Of a DNA stretch of 64,000 bases, positions 39,740 to 49,587 are shown one piece after another. Source of the DNA: a virus; the IMG/VR virus record IMGVR_UViG_3300031718_000003, positions 10,760-74,759 of that record. The stretch is one strand, 5' to 3'. The notes beneath the pieces are model-generated. The model was not told the DNA's origin. It saw nothing but the letters and a program-made list of their open reading frames with translations, and did not search any database. Positions within the stretch are counted from its first letter, which is position 1; every line of letters begins with the position of its first letter. A program made the translations under genes and the position numbers.

Positions 39740-39919
39740 CCGGGCGCGGGAAGCGGTATGGTTTCCTGTATCCGATTAACGACGACAACATGATCAACCG
39801 GCCCTGAGCACTTATCGGCGTCGATAACTGATAGTGTTCGGGGCCGGGCTTCGGTCTTTAATTCCTGCATTTTGCTTCGCTCCTTTTCCCCCCTGTAGGG
39901 GAATCTCTGTACCGCAACC

Positions 39920-39949
39920 ACTATAATGCGTAGCGGCTTCGCATGTCAA
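39920..39949 (-). promoter_or_regulatory. Leftward sigma70-like promoter overlapping a palindrome
   Basis: Minus strand TTGACA-N18-TATAGT; palindrome ATGCGTAGC-G-GCTTCGCAT in the spacer. Confidence 0.6.
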
Positions 39950-39987
39950 GGAAAAACTGCGGAGCTGCTGCGCATAAAAACCTTGCA

Positions 39988-40016
39988 TTGCTGAGCGAAC
40001 CGGCTTAGCATATACT
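39988..40016 (+). promoter_or_regulatory. Rightward sigma70-like promoter overlapping a palindrome
   Basis: TTGCTG-N17-TATACT; imperfect palindrome TGCTGAGC...GCTTAGCA; ATG at 40025 suggests a leaderless mRNA. Confidence 0.6.
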
Positions 40017-40024
40017 TGTCGCTC

Positions 40025-40177
40025 ATGAGGAAGCGGCAAAAGGTGAAACTGATCGATCCTGCCAAGATTGGGAAAAAGGGAGGGAAGCAGCGCGCCAAGA
40101 ACATGACGGCGCAGGAACGCAGCCAGAGCGCGCGCAAGGCAGCGCAGGCGAGGTGGAAGAAGGAAGCGGGCGCGTGA
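40025..40177 (+). CDS. 50-aa basic KGG-type protein (not in ORF track)
   Basis: MRKRQKVKLIDPAKIGKKGGKQRAKNMTAQERSQSARKAAQARWKKEAGA; similar to 50467-50727. Confidence 0.7.
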   Translation: MRKRQKVKLIDPAKIGKKGGKQRAKNMTAQERSQSARKAAQARWKKEAGA

Positions 40178-40440
40178 GGCTGAGGAAGCTGTGGCCTTGG
40201 CTGAGGGCTGTGGCGCTTTGGTTATTCAGCGTGGCGATACTGCTGGTCTGGAACCATGGGTTTCATTTGTTCTATCCCGACACCTGGGAAGGGTACCGGA
40301 ACGGCCACTACAACAAGTCGGCGTTCTCGCTCGTGGTGCTCGCCGGGGTGACGTACTGGCTGGTTTGGATGACGCGAAAGAAGAAGGCGGGCGGCTAAAG
40401 AGGAAAAGCTCAAAGGCGAAGAAGAGGGAAAAAGCAGACT

Positions 40441-40986
40441 GTGGCTGAAGTAGGTCATCCATTTCGCTACCACTCAGGAGTGGTGAATACCAAGAAGGAA
40501 ATCCTGGCGCGGGCCATCGAGCTTGTTCGGAACGCCATAATCCTTGCGCCCGATCTCCCGTCCCATGCGCTCGCTGCGCAGGTCATCGAAGAGGCCGACC
40601 ACGAGTTACTCTCCCCGCTCGGTACCGGTCTTGTGCAGACCTTTTTCGTCCGGTTGATTTATCAGGAACGTGCAAGGATTGCGCGCCAGGCGCAACTAAA
40701 GTTGCCGGGGTTTGAGGAACTTCCGCTCCGTATCTCGACTCCAGAGGGAGGCCGCCCGCTTCTGGAGAGGTCTAGAATTACGCAGGTACGCGGGTACTTG
40801 GTGGTCCTGAAAAAGCGTCACCATGAACGCTTAAGGAACGATCCAAAAATCGCGCTGGTTGAGGCGCTAATCAAACGGATGCTCAAGTACACCCGCAAGC
40901 ATCCGGGTATAACAGTTGGCGAAATCGTAAAACTGGAAGTGGAAAACCGGGATTTTACGCAGGGCGGTTTTACGGGAAATCAATAA
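40441..40986 (+). CDS. Hypothetical protein
   Basis: 181 aa ORF in the rightward operon. Confidence 0.55.
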   Translation: MAEVGHPFRYHSGVVNTKKEILARAIELVRNAIILAPDLPSHALAAQVIEEADHELLSPLGTGLVQTFFVRLIYQERARIARQAQLKLPGFEELPLRISTPEGGRPLLERSRITQVRGYLVVLKKRHHERLRNDPKIALVEALIKRMLKYTRKHPGITVGEIVKLEVENRDFTQGGFTGNQ

Positions 40987-41321
40987 CTTGCAGAAATGCA
41001 ATATATCCCAAACCCGCTACAGAAACGACGTGGGGCGAAAGAGGAAGGCGGCAAGAGTGAGTGACAACCAAAATGCAGTAGCCAGATGGAAGCGCTACCC
41101 GGTACGGATCAGCCAACTGATTGAAGAGTTACAGGAACTGAAGGCGGAGCATGGCGATCTCGAAGTCTGGCACGAGTACGATCCCCTCAGTTGCTCTGAT
41201 GATCCAATACGCGAACCGGTCTTGCATATCGAAGAGATCGACGATGCAGGCGACCAGGAGAGGAAGCGCGTGGTGATCGGTCGCGTTTGCGTGGACGACG
41301 TGGACGACGACGAAGATCCCG

Positions 41322-42044
41322 GTGAAGGGAAGGAGGGCCGATAAAGTGCGCAGGCGGTTCTGGAGCGATGCCGAGGTCGCTCGCTTGCGGAATCTATTCC
41401 CAACGCGGCCCACCAAAGAAGTTGCCCGGATGCTGAACCGCACCGTGTGCGCGGTCAACGGAACAGCCCACAAGTACGGCATCGCCAAGTCCCAGGAGTT
41501 TCTCGATAGCGGGGAAAGCGGCCGCTTGCGCAAGGGCCATCACGATGGACGGGGAAGCCGCTTTCGATTCCAGAAAGGCATCGTACCGTTCAACAAGGGT
41601 CTGCGCCGGCCACGCTGGCACACGGGGCGCATGCGCGAGACGCAATTCAAAAAAGGCGAGCGGTCGGGAATGGCCGCCCGGAACTACCGGCCCATCGGCA
41701 CGATCATGCCCGATACCCAAGGGTTCCTGCACATCAAGGTGCAAGACCACGAGGGGCGGATGGGCTGGCACCCGGAAGTCTGGCCCATGTACAACCGATA
41801 TCTGTGGGAGCAGCATCACGGCCCGATCCCTCCGAAGCACCTGGTCGTGTTCAAGGACGGGAACCGCGCGCATTGCGTGATCGAGAACCTGGAGCTGATT
41901 TCAATGGCCGAGAACGCGCGGCGCAATCGGATGTGGAACATTCTGCCACGCGAGTTGGCGGAGGTGATTCAGTTGCAGGGCGTACTGAAGAGAAAGATCG
42001 GGAGGCTGAGAGATGGCAAAGAACAAAATCAGCGACCTGCGTGA
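41322..42044 (+). CDS. HNH endonuclease-motif protein
   Basis: RFQKGIVPFNKG, TQFKKG, HGPIPPKHLVVFKDGN...ENLELISMAENARRN. Confidence 0.85.
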   Translation: MKGRRADKVRRRFWSDAEVARLRNLFPTRPTKEVARMLNRTVCAVNGTAHKYGIAKSQEFLDSGESGRLRKGHHDGRGSRFRFQKGIVPFNKGLRRPRWHTGRMRETQFKKGERSGMAARNYRPIGTIMPDTQGFLHIKVQDHEGRMGWHPEVWPMYNRYLWEQHHGPIPPKHLVVFKDGNRAHCVIENLELISMAENARRNRMWNILPRELAEVIQLQGVLKRKIGRLRDGKEQNQRPA

Positions 42045-42300
42045 CCACTTGTTCGAAACGATTGAAGCGCTGAAGGACAAGGACAAGCCGATGGAGCTGG
42101 AGCGCGCCCGCACCATCAGCGCGGTTGCGCAAACAATCATCAACAGCGCCAAGGTTGAAGTGGATTTATTGAAAGCGATCGATGGCACCGCTATCGGGAG
42201 CAGCGCGTCCTTCTTCGGCGTTCCCGACGATGGCCCGGACCTCCGCAGGCCGAAGCGGATCAACGGAGGGGCGAACGGGCATGAGAGGTTCGCATCATGA
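42013..42300 (+). CDS. Conserved phage protein coupled to the HNH gene
   Basis: KNKISDLRDHLFETIEAL...ERARTISAVAQTIINSAKVEVD. Confidence 0.7.
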   Translation: MAKNKISDLRDHLFETIEALKDKDKPMELERARTISAVAQTIINSAKVEVDLLKAIDGTAIGSSASFFGVPDDGPDLRRPKRINGGANGHERFAS

Positions 42301-43139
42301 CCCACGAACCCAAATGCCGTATCTGTTCGTGCACCGAGGATCACGCCTGCGCCGGTGGGTGCTCCTGGGTGCATACGCCGCTCGATCGGAAGTTAGGGCC
42401 GATCTGCAGCACGTGCATCGGATTGATGGAGAAGTTGGCGGTGTTCACCGAGGATAGCCGGAACGGGAATCTGGCCGCTGTGATCCGGGCGTACAAGGAA
42501 GTGACGGCGCGGGCGCGGGCGCGGACAGACCAGGAAAGGCGGGAGGATAAACGGCATGAATCACGTTTACGAAGTGAAGTTCGAGACACGGTACACGGGA
42601 TGGGGATGGCTGGAGGATAGTGCCCGCGTTCTCGCAAATGGAAGCGCCACGAAGGCCGTTGAGATGGTTCGGCGGCACGAGATGAAAGAGTCTTTTGAGG
42701 ACTTCACCAAGGGCCACAAGCGCGTTATTCGCCGCGCCATTGGTTTTAGGATGACGGGCGTCCAACAGTTGACCCATGTCGACTACTAACGGAAGTGACG
42801 CGCGAGGAGATCGCGACATTCGAGCGCGAGCTACGAAAGGCCGGCGCATGACGAAGGCAAAAAGGCAGTCACCTCTTATCAGTTTGGCACGCGCGGCACG
42901 AAATAATCCGGGCGCGGCCTTGCAATTGGCTGCGATCAAATACCTGAAGGCCAAGGGCTGGAATGTGATTTTGATTGGTGAGATCGAGATTCAGACCTGG
43001 GACGCCGGAGATGCAGCCAAAGGGAAACACAAGCTGGCCGTCGGTTTCCAAGGTATCGGCGCTCAATCCTCTAGGCGCAAACGGCGGATCGGTGAGGGCA
43101 GCATCCGACCGACCCCGAAGCCATGAAGGAGACGAAATA

Positions 43140-43859
43140 ATGTTCTTTCAGCGATTGCTCACTTTGGCGCTGCTGGCAACAGCAGCAAATGCGGATTCCT
43201 TGAGTTGGACCCTTGGCACAGTACTACCTGCCGGGGAGTACCGGCTCGAGCCGTTTTCCGACCCGGCTGGTGTTTCCGTGGCAACAGCCGTAAACGGCGA
43301 CGGCATCATAGTTGGGGATGTAAGTCCTTTATGGGGTGGGCCGCCTGTCTATGGCGTAATATGGGCGCCTACCGAGGACTTTCAGGGGGATGTGTACCCT
43401 GAATTTGTGTTTCCCCCCTATGCAGACGGAGACTCGGGCACGCAAGCGCTGGATATTACCGATAGCGGGCTCGTTCTATTCTCGTACGACCTGTCCAATT
43501 CAGGGCGGCCTGGAGGGTACGATATCTATGACATGAACACGGGCACGTGGTCCCTGCCCGGAGATAGCCCCGCAGACCTCGGCTGGGACCACACGCCGAG
43601 CCTCACCAATGACAAGGGCTGGAAAATTGAGTACGGGACGATTTATGACCTACCGGAAGTAGGCCACCCGGTTATCGGCGATCAAGCGTTTCTTGTCGAG
43701 ACGCCGGAGCCAGGAGGATTGTGGTTGATACTGCCGCTAGCTATGCTCCTTGTCGTTGCGCTTAACCGTTCTTCCGTGAAGGGTCGCGCACCAAGCGAAG
43801 AGGAGATTGCCGCCAACAAAGCGGCTGAGGAAGAGTGGAATCAGATGGGAGGCATTTGA
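43140..43859 (+). CDS. Secreted protein with PEP-CTERM-like sorting signal
   Basis: AAGGAG RBS, signal peptide MFFQRLLTLALLATAANAD, TPEPGGLWL followed by a TM segment. Confidence 0.7.
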   Translation: MFFQRLLTLALLATAANADSLSWTLGTVLPAGEYRLEPFSDPAGVSVATAVNGDGIIVGDVSPLWGGPPVYGVIWAPTEDFQGDVYPEFVFPPYADGDSGTQALDITDSGLVLFSYDLSNSGRPGGYDIYDMNTGTWSLPGDSPADLGWDHTPSLTNDKGWKIEYGTIYDLPEVGHPVIGDQAFLVETPEPGGLWLILPLAMLLVVALNRSSVKGRAPSEEEIAANKAAEEEWNQMGGI

Positions 43860-43910
43860 CCCTGATGACGGTGGACGAGGATTCAGAGGGGAATTATATA
43901 GATAATTCCC

Positions 43911-45710
43911 GTGACTGACCTAATGCTAAAGATCTCAGACGATCTCTCTTTGCCAAGAAATGCTGTAACCGAAAAACTGGCATGGATCGGAAGGACTGGT
44001 TCTGGGAAAACCTATGGAGCCACGAAAGCGGCTGAGCAGATGCTCGCTGCTGACGCTCAAGTCGTTACTCTCGATCCTGTTGGAGTGTGGTACGGATTGC
44101 GTCTGGCTGCGGATGGTAAATCTCCAGGGCTGACATTGCCAGTATTCGGCGGCCTCCATGGAGACATTCCGCTTGAGCCCGGAGTTGGTGCGATGATGGC
44201 CGATTTAATCGTAGATCGTGGTCTATCTGCTGTTCTGGATGTGAGCCAGTTTGAACACGACACCGAGAAGGCGCGATTCGCCGGCGACTTCGCTAGCCGC
44301 TTCTTCTTCAGGAAAAAGGCGCGGCCATCTGCCGTTCATATCTTCATTGAGGAAGCGCAGGAATTTTGCCCGGAAGAGCCGCGACGAGGAGAAGAGAACA
44401 TGGTGCATGCGTTCACCCGCATGTGGAAACTCGGGCGTAACTTTGGCATTGGCGGCTCCCTAATTACGCAGAGGCCGCAGGAAGTTAGTAAGAAGGTGCT
44501 GAACCTGGCGGAATGTGTTTTTGCTTTTCAGTTAACGGGTCCCCATGAGCGTAAGGCACTAGAAAAGTGGATAGCGGAAAGAGGCATCGACGAGGATATC
44601 GGGGCGATTCTGCCGAAACTCACGGTCGGGCAAGTTCGCGTCTGGAGCCCTGCATGGCTAAAGATATCGAAGACGATACAGATTTTACCCAAATCTACGT
44701 TCGACGCATCGAGCACTCCGGGAGTCGGCAAGCGTGCGGCCGTACGAGAACTCGCACCGATCGATCTTGAAAGATTGCGCGTCGATATGGCCGCGACCAT
44801 CGAAAAAGCCAAGGCTGAAGACCCGCGTGAGCTGCAACGCCAGGTCCGCGAGCTGAAAGCGAAGATCGCGCAGATGGATAAGGCCGCACCGGTTACGAAA
44901 GGCGGCGCGCCGGCAGACGCGGAACAGTTAAAGCGCGAATTCGACCGTGGGGCGAATTCAGTGAAGGGCCTCCTGGCTAAGGAGCTGCGCGCCTGCTCGA
45001 AGACCGCTGCAGCCATCCAGCCCGCAACGCTTGCCGCACTGCGCGACATGGCGGCAGCGGCGGCACGGGCCATAACACATGTCGAGCAAGTCCAGATGCC
45101 ATCCATGCCGAGCCTCGAAGGTGTCATCGAGCAAGCGAAGGCAACACGCTCGCCAGCGGTTCTCCCGGTGCGCACAAAAGTTCCCGTGGAGCGCACGAAA
45201 ATGGCCGCCGCGAACGGAGAGGCATCCAAAATCGGCAATACCGGTCTTCGGCGCATGCTGATCGCTCTCGCGCAGCGCCGTAACGGGATCTCCACCAAGC
45301 AGCTTGGGGTGCGAGCGGGGATCTCTAGTAAAAGCGGAACCTTCGGGACATACCTCGGGCGTGGAAGGGCCAATGGCTGGATCGCGGGAGAACGCGGGCA
45401 GTTGAAAATAACCGAGGCGGGAGTTGCGGCGCTGGGAAATTACGAGCCGCTTCCGGAGGGTAGGGAACTGCTGGAATATTGGCTGAACGAATTAGGGGAT
45501 AGCGGGGCCGGGCGCATGCTTAGCGCGCTCGCTGAACGCTACCCGCAGGGTTTTACGGCGGAGGAGCTGGGGAAACAAGCGGATATCAGTTCTGCGAGTG
45601 GCACGTTTGGGACGTACCTGGGGAGATTGCGGTCGTTGGAGCTGATTAGTGGGTCGAGGAGTGAGTTGAAAGCTAGTGATGAGTTTTGCCTATGGCTTCG
45701 GGGTCGGTAG
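43911..45710 (+). CDS. HerA/FtsK-like (DUF87) ATPase with tandem C-terminal wHTH-like repeats
   Basis: Walker A GRTGSGKT, Walker B IFIEEAQ, ITQRPQ; SGTFGTYLG appears twice. Confidence 0.85.
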   Translation: MTDLMLKISDDLSLPRNAVTEKLAWIGRTGSGKTYGATKAAEQMLAADAQVVTLDPVGVWYGLRLAADGKSPGLTLPVFGGLHGDIPLEPGVGAMMADLIVDRGLSAVLDVSQFEHDTEKARFAGDFASRFFFRKKARPSAVHIFIEEAQEFCPEEPRRGEENMVHAFTRMWKLGRNFGIGGSLITQRPQEVSKKVLNLAECVFAFQLTGPHERKALEKWIAERGIDEDIGAILPKLTVGQVRVWSPAWLKISKTIQILPKSTFDASSTPGVGKRAAVRELAPIDLERLRVDMAATIEKAKAEDPRELQRQVRELKAKIAQMDKAAPVTKGGAPADAEQLKREFDRGANSVKGLLAKELRACSKTAAAIQPATLAALRDMAAAAARAITHVEQVQMPSMPSLEGVIEQAKATRSPAVLPVRTKVPVERTKMAAANGEASKIGNTGLRRMLIALAQRRNGISTKQLGVRAGISSKSGTFGTYLGRGRANGWIAGERGQLKITEAGVAALGNYEPLPEGRELLEYWLNELGDSGAGRMLSALAERYPQGFTAEELGKQADISSASGTFGTYLGRLRSLELISGSRSELKASDEFCLWLRGR

Positions 45711-45793
45711 TCCGCTCTATCAGCGGGCGTTCGTTTGCGCCTGATCCCTCGACCACAGGAGCGCAACAGTTAAAATGAGGGAGATTAGTAAAA

Positions 45794-47530
45794 ATGGCCG
45801 TGGAAACGAAAACTTATATCGCTTATACTTACGGCTGCCCCCAGCCCAATCACCAGGTATTTAATTATGCCTTGGCCGAGATGCGCCGCCGCAACGATCT
45901 CTGGAACAAACTAGTCGAAATAGATCGCCGATTTCGCCTAGCTTCCTGGAATATCTATGCGGATGTCCCCGAACAGAAAATCGCCGATGAGTTGGCGGGC
46001 GTGATCAGGGCGTGGCGCGAAGAACTCAAGGGCCGCCGGCAAAAGGCGCGCCGCCGCGTGGATGCCACGGATCTCGTGGAAAAGATCAAAACTGCGAAGA
46101 TGGAATTACGAGTCGCCTCTAAAACCGCTAGAATTGCCCGCCGTGCGGCCATCGAACGAAACCGGGCGGCGCTGAAGACCCTGGACGAATTACGCCGGTC
46201 CGAAGTCAATAAGGCGTGTCTTGCGAGCAATCTCTACTGGTGTAACTGGGATGAAGTGCTCGCAAAATACGAAGTAGCGCGAGTTCGCGCCATGAAGGCC
46301 GGGGTACTGCTACGTTTTCATGCATGGAGCGGCGTTGGAAAACTCACTGTGCGGTTCCAAAAAGGGCTCGCTTCCGATCTGGTGTTTGGTGGGGATACGA
46401 GATTGCAAATCGATCCCGTCAACAGTGACGCCTGGAATTCCCCGGCGCGCAGTGTCCGCGGAAAAAGTATGTATACAAAAATTCGTATACGCATGGGATC
46501 ACACAATCGCAAACCTGTATGGTTCGAAGCGCCCATGGCGATGCACCGCCCGTTGCCGGAGAGAAGCGTGATCCGCACCGCCGCGATCGCCTCCGAGCAG
46601 ATCGGAGGCGTTTTGCGCTGGCACGTCATCCTAACGCTTGAACTGCCATCTGCGCGTCAGGCGAGGATCGGTCCGGCGGTAGGTGTAGATATCGGATGGC
46701 GCTTACTGCCTGGAAGGCTGCGGGTCGCATACTGGGTCGATGAATATGGCGGCAAAGGCGAAATCGCGCTCTCCGACTCCATTGTCTCGCAATTCGCAAA
46801 AGTACGGGATCTTGATGCAATCTTGGGAAATCATTTCGAACTCGCAAAGGTAAAACTTGGTGCGTGGCGCGCGGGGTATTTCGAACCGCTGCCGGAATGG
46901 CTCAATCTCACCCGTATGGATCAGTGGAGAGATCAGCGCCGGTTCTATGAGCTTTGGACACTCTGGAAGGATTCCCGATTTGCTGGCGACACTTATGGAT
47001 TCGATACCGTATCCGAGTTTGCCGAGCGCTACGCTCATTTGCGGAACTGGCGCGAGAACTTACAGGATCAGGTCATCGCCCGCAGGAAGGACACGTACCG
47101 GAAAGCCGTATGCGATCTGCTCCGGAACCACGGGGACGTGTTTCTTGAGAAATTCGATCTTCGCAACATCGCTGAAACACCGGACCCGGAGACGAGTCCC
47201 ACAGTAGTAGTAATGGATTCGGCTCGCCGCCGCGTGATTGCCGCGCCTGCGAGTTTGCGTGAGATGCTGGTCCATAAGGGCCAGTGGATGGAGGTTCCAG
47301 CACCGGGGACCACGCAGGAATGCGCCTGGTGCGGTTATGCCGCTGCCTGGGATGCGGCCCCAAGCATACTGCATCGTTGTGGAGGATGCGGAAAGCTCTG
47401 GGATCAGGATGAGAATGCAGCAGTCAACATCCTGCGGCGTGGTTTAGCGCAGATTGGGAGGGATTGGAAGCCGGAATTCGATCCGCGAAAAGCGGACGGG
47501 ATGGAAGTGGCCGAAACCGTTGCGGGTTAA
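45794..47530 (+). CDS. cas12m: Type V CRISPR effector, Cas12m (V-M / C2c4 / V-U1)-like
   Basis: 578 aa, Arg-rich helical REC region, RuvC motifs VGVDIGWR / FLEKFDL / WDQDENAA, Zn finger CAWC..CGGC; array begins 14 nt downstream with Cas12m-like repeat layout (CCCAGCT...GGGCGAAGG...AGAC). Confidence 0.82.
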   Translation: MAVETKTYIAYTYGCPQPNHQVFNYALAEMRRRNDLWNKLVEIDRRFRLASWNIYADVPEQKIADELAGVIRAWREELKGRRQKARRRVDATDLVEKIKTAKMELRVASKTARIARRAAIERNRAALKTLDELRRSEVNKACLASNLYWCNWDEVLAKYEVARVRAMKAGVLLRFHAWSGVGKLTVRFQKGLASDLVFGGDTRLQIDPVNSDAWNSPARSVRGKSMYTKIRIRMGSHNRKPVWFEAPMAMHRPLPERSVIRTAAIASEQIGGVLRWHVILTLELPSARQARIGPAVGVDIGWRLLPGRLRVAYWVDEYGGKGEIALSDSIVSQFAKVRDLDAILGNHFELAKVKLGAWRAGYFEPLPEWLNLTRMDQWRDQRRFYELWTLWKDSRFAGDTYGFDTVSEFAERYAHLRNWRENLQDQVIARRKDTYRKAVCDLLRNHGDVFLEKFDLRNIAETPDPETSPTVVVMDSARRRVIAAPASLREMLVHKGQWMEVPAPGTTQECAWCGYAAAWDAAPSILHRCGGCGKLWDQDENAAVNILRRGLAQIGRDWKPEFDPRKADGMEVAETVAG

Positions 47531-47888
47531 CGATTTGCGGAGCCGTTGCAATACCCAGCTCACGGGCGAAGGAAGTGAGACAATCAGTCCGGTTGGTCCC
47601 GATTCAGTCCCGATTCAGGGTTGCAATACCCAGCTCACGGGCGAAGGAAGTGAGACGATAGACACGGCAGCATCGAAAACGACACTAAATATGTTGCAAT
47701 ACCCAGCTCACGGGCGAAGGGGTAGTGGGGTCTTTTGAATTTCCACCGTCTTGATTTTCAGTCATGCTGGAATTGTGATTCCTCCGGCGTTTCCTCACTT
47801 GCTGCCTCGCTTTCCCGGCGTCCCGTGGCGCTATCCGCGACCGCTCCCGCAGGTATATCCTTGGAAGGCTCCAAGGAGAGCAAGAGCC

Positions 47889-48692
47889 ATGACGATAGCG
47901 GTCGGGGTCCTGGCAGGTGATGGGGTGGTGTTAGCAGCGGACACGGAGTACACGTGGGGCTATCTCAAAACGAGCGGAGAAAAGATATGGACCGCTGAAG
48001 GCCACGGAGCCTTGGCCATTGCGGGCGCTGGCAATGGTGCGTACTTGTCCGCAATCGCTCAGCAGATGATTGATGCGTTTAAAGCTGCGCCGAAGACGAT
48101 CTCCGTCGAGCGCCTTTACGAGAAATTCTCAGAAATCCTGACAGACTTTCATAGCAAGCATGTCATAAGGTTCGCGCATCTCGGCAGTTCGGTCGCTATT
48201 TCGCTGCTAGTCGCGCTCCAACGAGGCAAGGAGGCGTATCTTTGGGCAAGTGAAAACGATTCCCTGGAGAGATGCGGACCCTATGCGTCCATTGGTTTGG
48301 GCTGCGAATACGCCAATGCCCTTTTGGGTGAGATGTTCGCGGGTACGGCGGTGTCTTGGAAGGCGAGCGTTCCGTTGGCTGAACGCATCGCGGCCTATGC
48401 GGTGTTTGAGACGAAAAACAACGTACGGGAGTGCGGAAAAAAAACCTCTCTCGTCGCCATCCAGAAGGGGCACATTGTGGAAACGAGCGCACAGAAGATG
48501 CTGCTCATTAATTCGCACCTCAATGCGTTTTCTGAGATCCGGATCTTGGGGACGAAATATGCTCTTGGGTTCCCATACCCCGACGCGACAAGTGCGTCAG
48601 AAAAACTCATGGCCTACTTGGGCGGATTGCGGCAAGACGTGCTCGCGATTGAAGGCCAAACCTTCGAAGGAAAAGGGCGGAGTCTTGAATAA
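47889..48692 (+). CDS. Proteasome-beta/HslV-like Ntn-hydrolase protein (IS cargo)
   Basis: M-T-IAVGV...GVVLAADT...KI...AGAG...SIGLG with N-terminal Thr; probable start 47889. Confidence 0.75.
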   Translation: MTIAVGVLAGDGVVLAADTEYTWGYLKTSGEKIWTAEGHGALAIAGAGNGAYLSAIAQQMIDAFKAAPKTISVERLYEKFSEILTDFHSKHVIRFAHLGSSVAISLLVALQRGKEAYLWASENDSLERCGPYASIGLGCEYANALLGEMFAGTAVSWKASVPLAERIAAYAVFETKNNVRECGKKTSLVAIQKGHIVETSAQKMLLINSHLNAFSEIRILGTKYALGFPYPDATSASEKLMAYLGGLRQDVLAIEGQTFEGKGRSLE

Positions 48693-48697
48693 CCTCT

Positions 48698-49546
48698 CTA
48701 GGCGACACGGCTCAGTTCTCTCGTCTCGGACAACGCGACGATCTCTTCGAACGACCACACATGATCCGCGATCCCGGCTGCCATTGCTGGCGTAACTCGT
48801 AGCGTCTGATGGATGCGCGCGAAGTTGTAATACATGTAGTGGAGGGCCACGGCTGCCTCGTGGTTCTCGATCTTCTTTGAAAAGCCGTTCGTCAACCGAG
48901 TGAAGCGGCGCATGGACATCCGCATTGTGAGATTCTGGCGTTCCACATAGCTCGTGCTGATATGCCTTGGTTCGGGATCGCCGAGTCGGATGATCTTCTC
49001 GGCGCCGGTGCAAACCGCAGGGCTGTACCGCTTTTGCGGCTCGGGTTCGTTGCCGAAGTATTTCACGAGCTGCGCGTAATCCACTTCGTCGGCGAAAGCA
49101 TCAATCACGGCGTTGAGGTAAACTTTGTGGCCGTCCGTGGTAAGTTGGACACGATGGGCGAGTTTGCGTTCCAGAGCGGCGATGAATTCCGTGGCGCTGC
49201 CAGCTCCCCTATCGCCCACGAGCCAGCATGGAACAAGCTTGGTATCCGCGTCGATTGCGACCCAGACCCAAGCGTCGCCTACGACGCGCTCTTCGGCCAT
49301 CTTCGTGGTGACGTTCTTCTGCTTGCAGCCGATATAGCTCCAGATCTCGTCACATTGAATACGTCGGCATTTCAGGTTGCGGAAGACGCGGTCCTGATAG
49401 CGGTAGCAGGCGATCCCGACCTCAACGAGGAGACGCGTCACCGGGCGCTTCTCGTGGCCCGTCATGCGGCAGATGGAACGGATGGAATTTCCTTCGACGA
49501 GTGCGGCAATGATTCGGGCGCGTTCTCCGATGCTCAGCCTGTTCAT
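48698..49546 (-). CDS. IS1-family transposase
   Basis: LVEGNSIRSICR HTH, IQCDEIWSY, QLTTDG, STSYVERQNLTMR...RRFTRLTNGFSKK. Confidence 0.93.
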   Translation of the reverse strand: MNRLSIGERARIIAALVEGNSIRSICRMTGHEKRPVTRLLVEVGIACYRYQDRVFRNLKCRRIQCDEIWSYIGCKQKNVTTKMAEERVVGDAWVWVAIDADTKLVPCWLVGDRGAGSATEFIAALERKLAHRVQLTTDGHKVYLNAVIDAFADEVDYAQLVKYFGNEPEPQKRYSPAVCTGAEKIIRLGDPEPRHISTSYVERQNLTMRMSMRRFTRLTNGFSKKIENHEAAVALHYMYYNFARIHQTLRVTPAMAAGIADHVWSFEEIVALSETRELSRVA

Positions 49547-49587
49547 AGGTCTATTATGCGCTAGCGCTCGCGCATAGTCAAGGGGAA

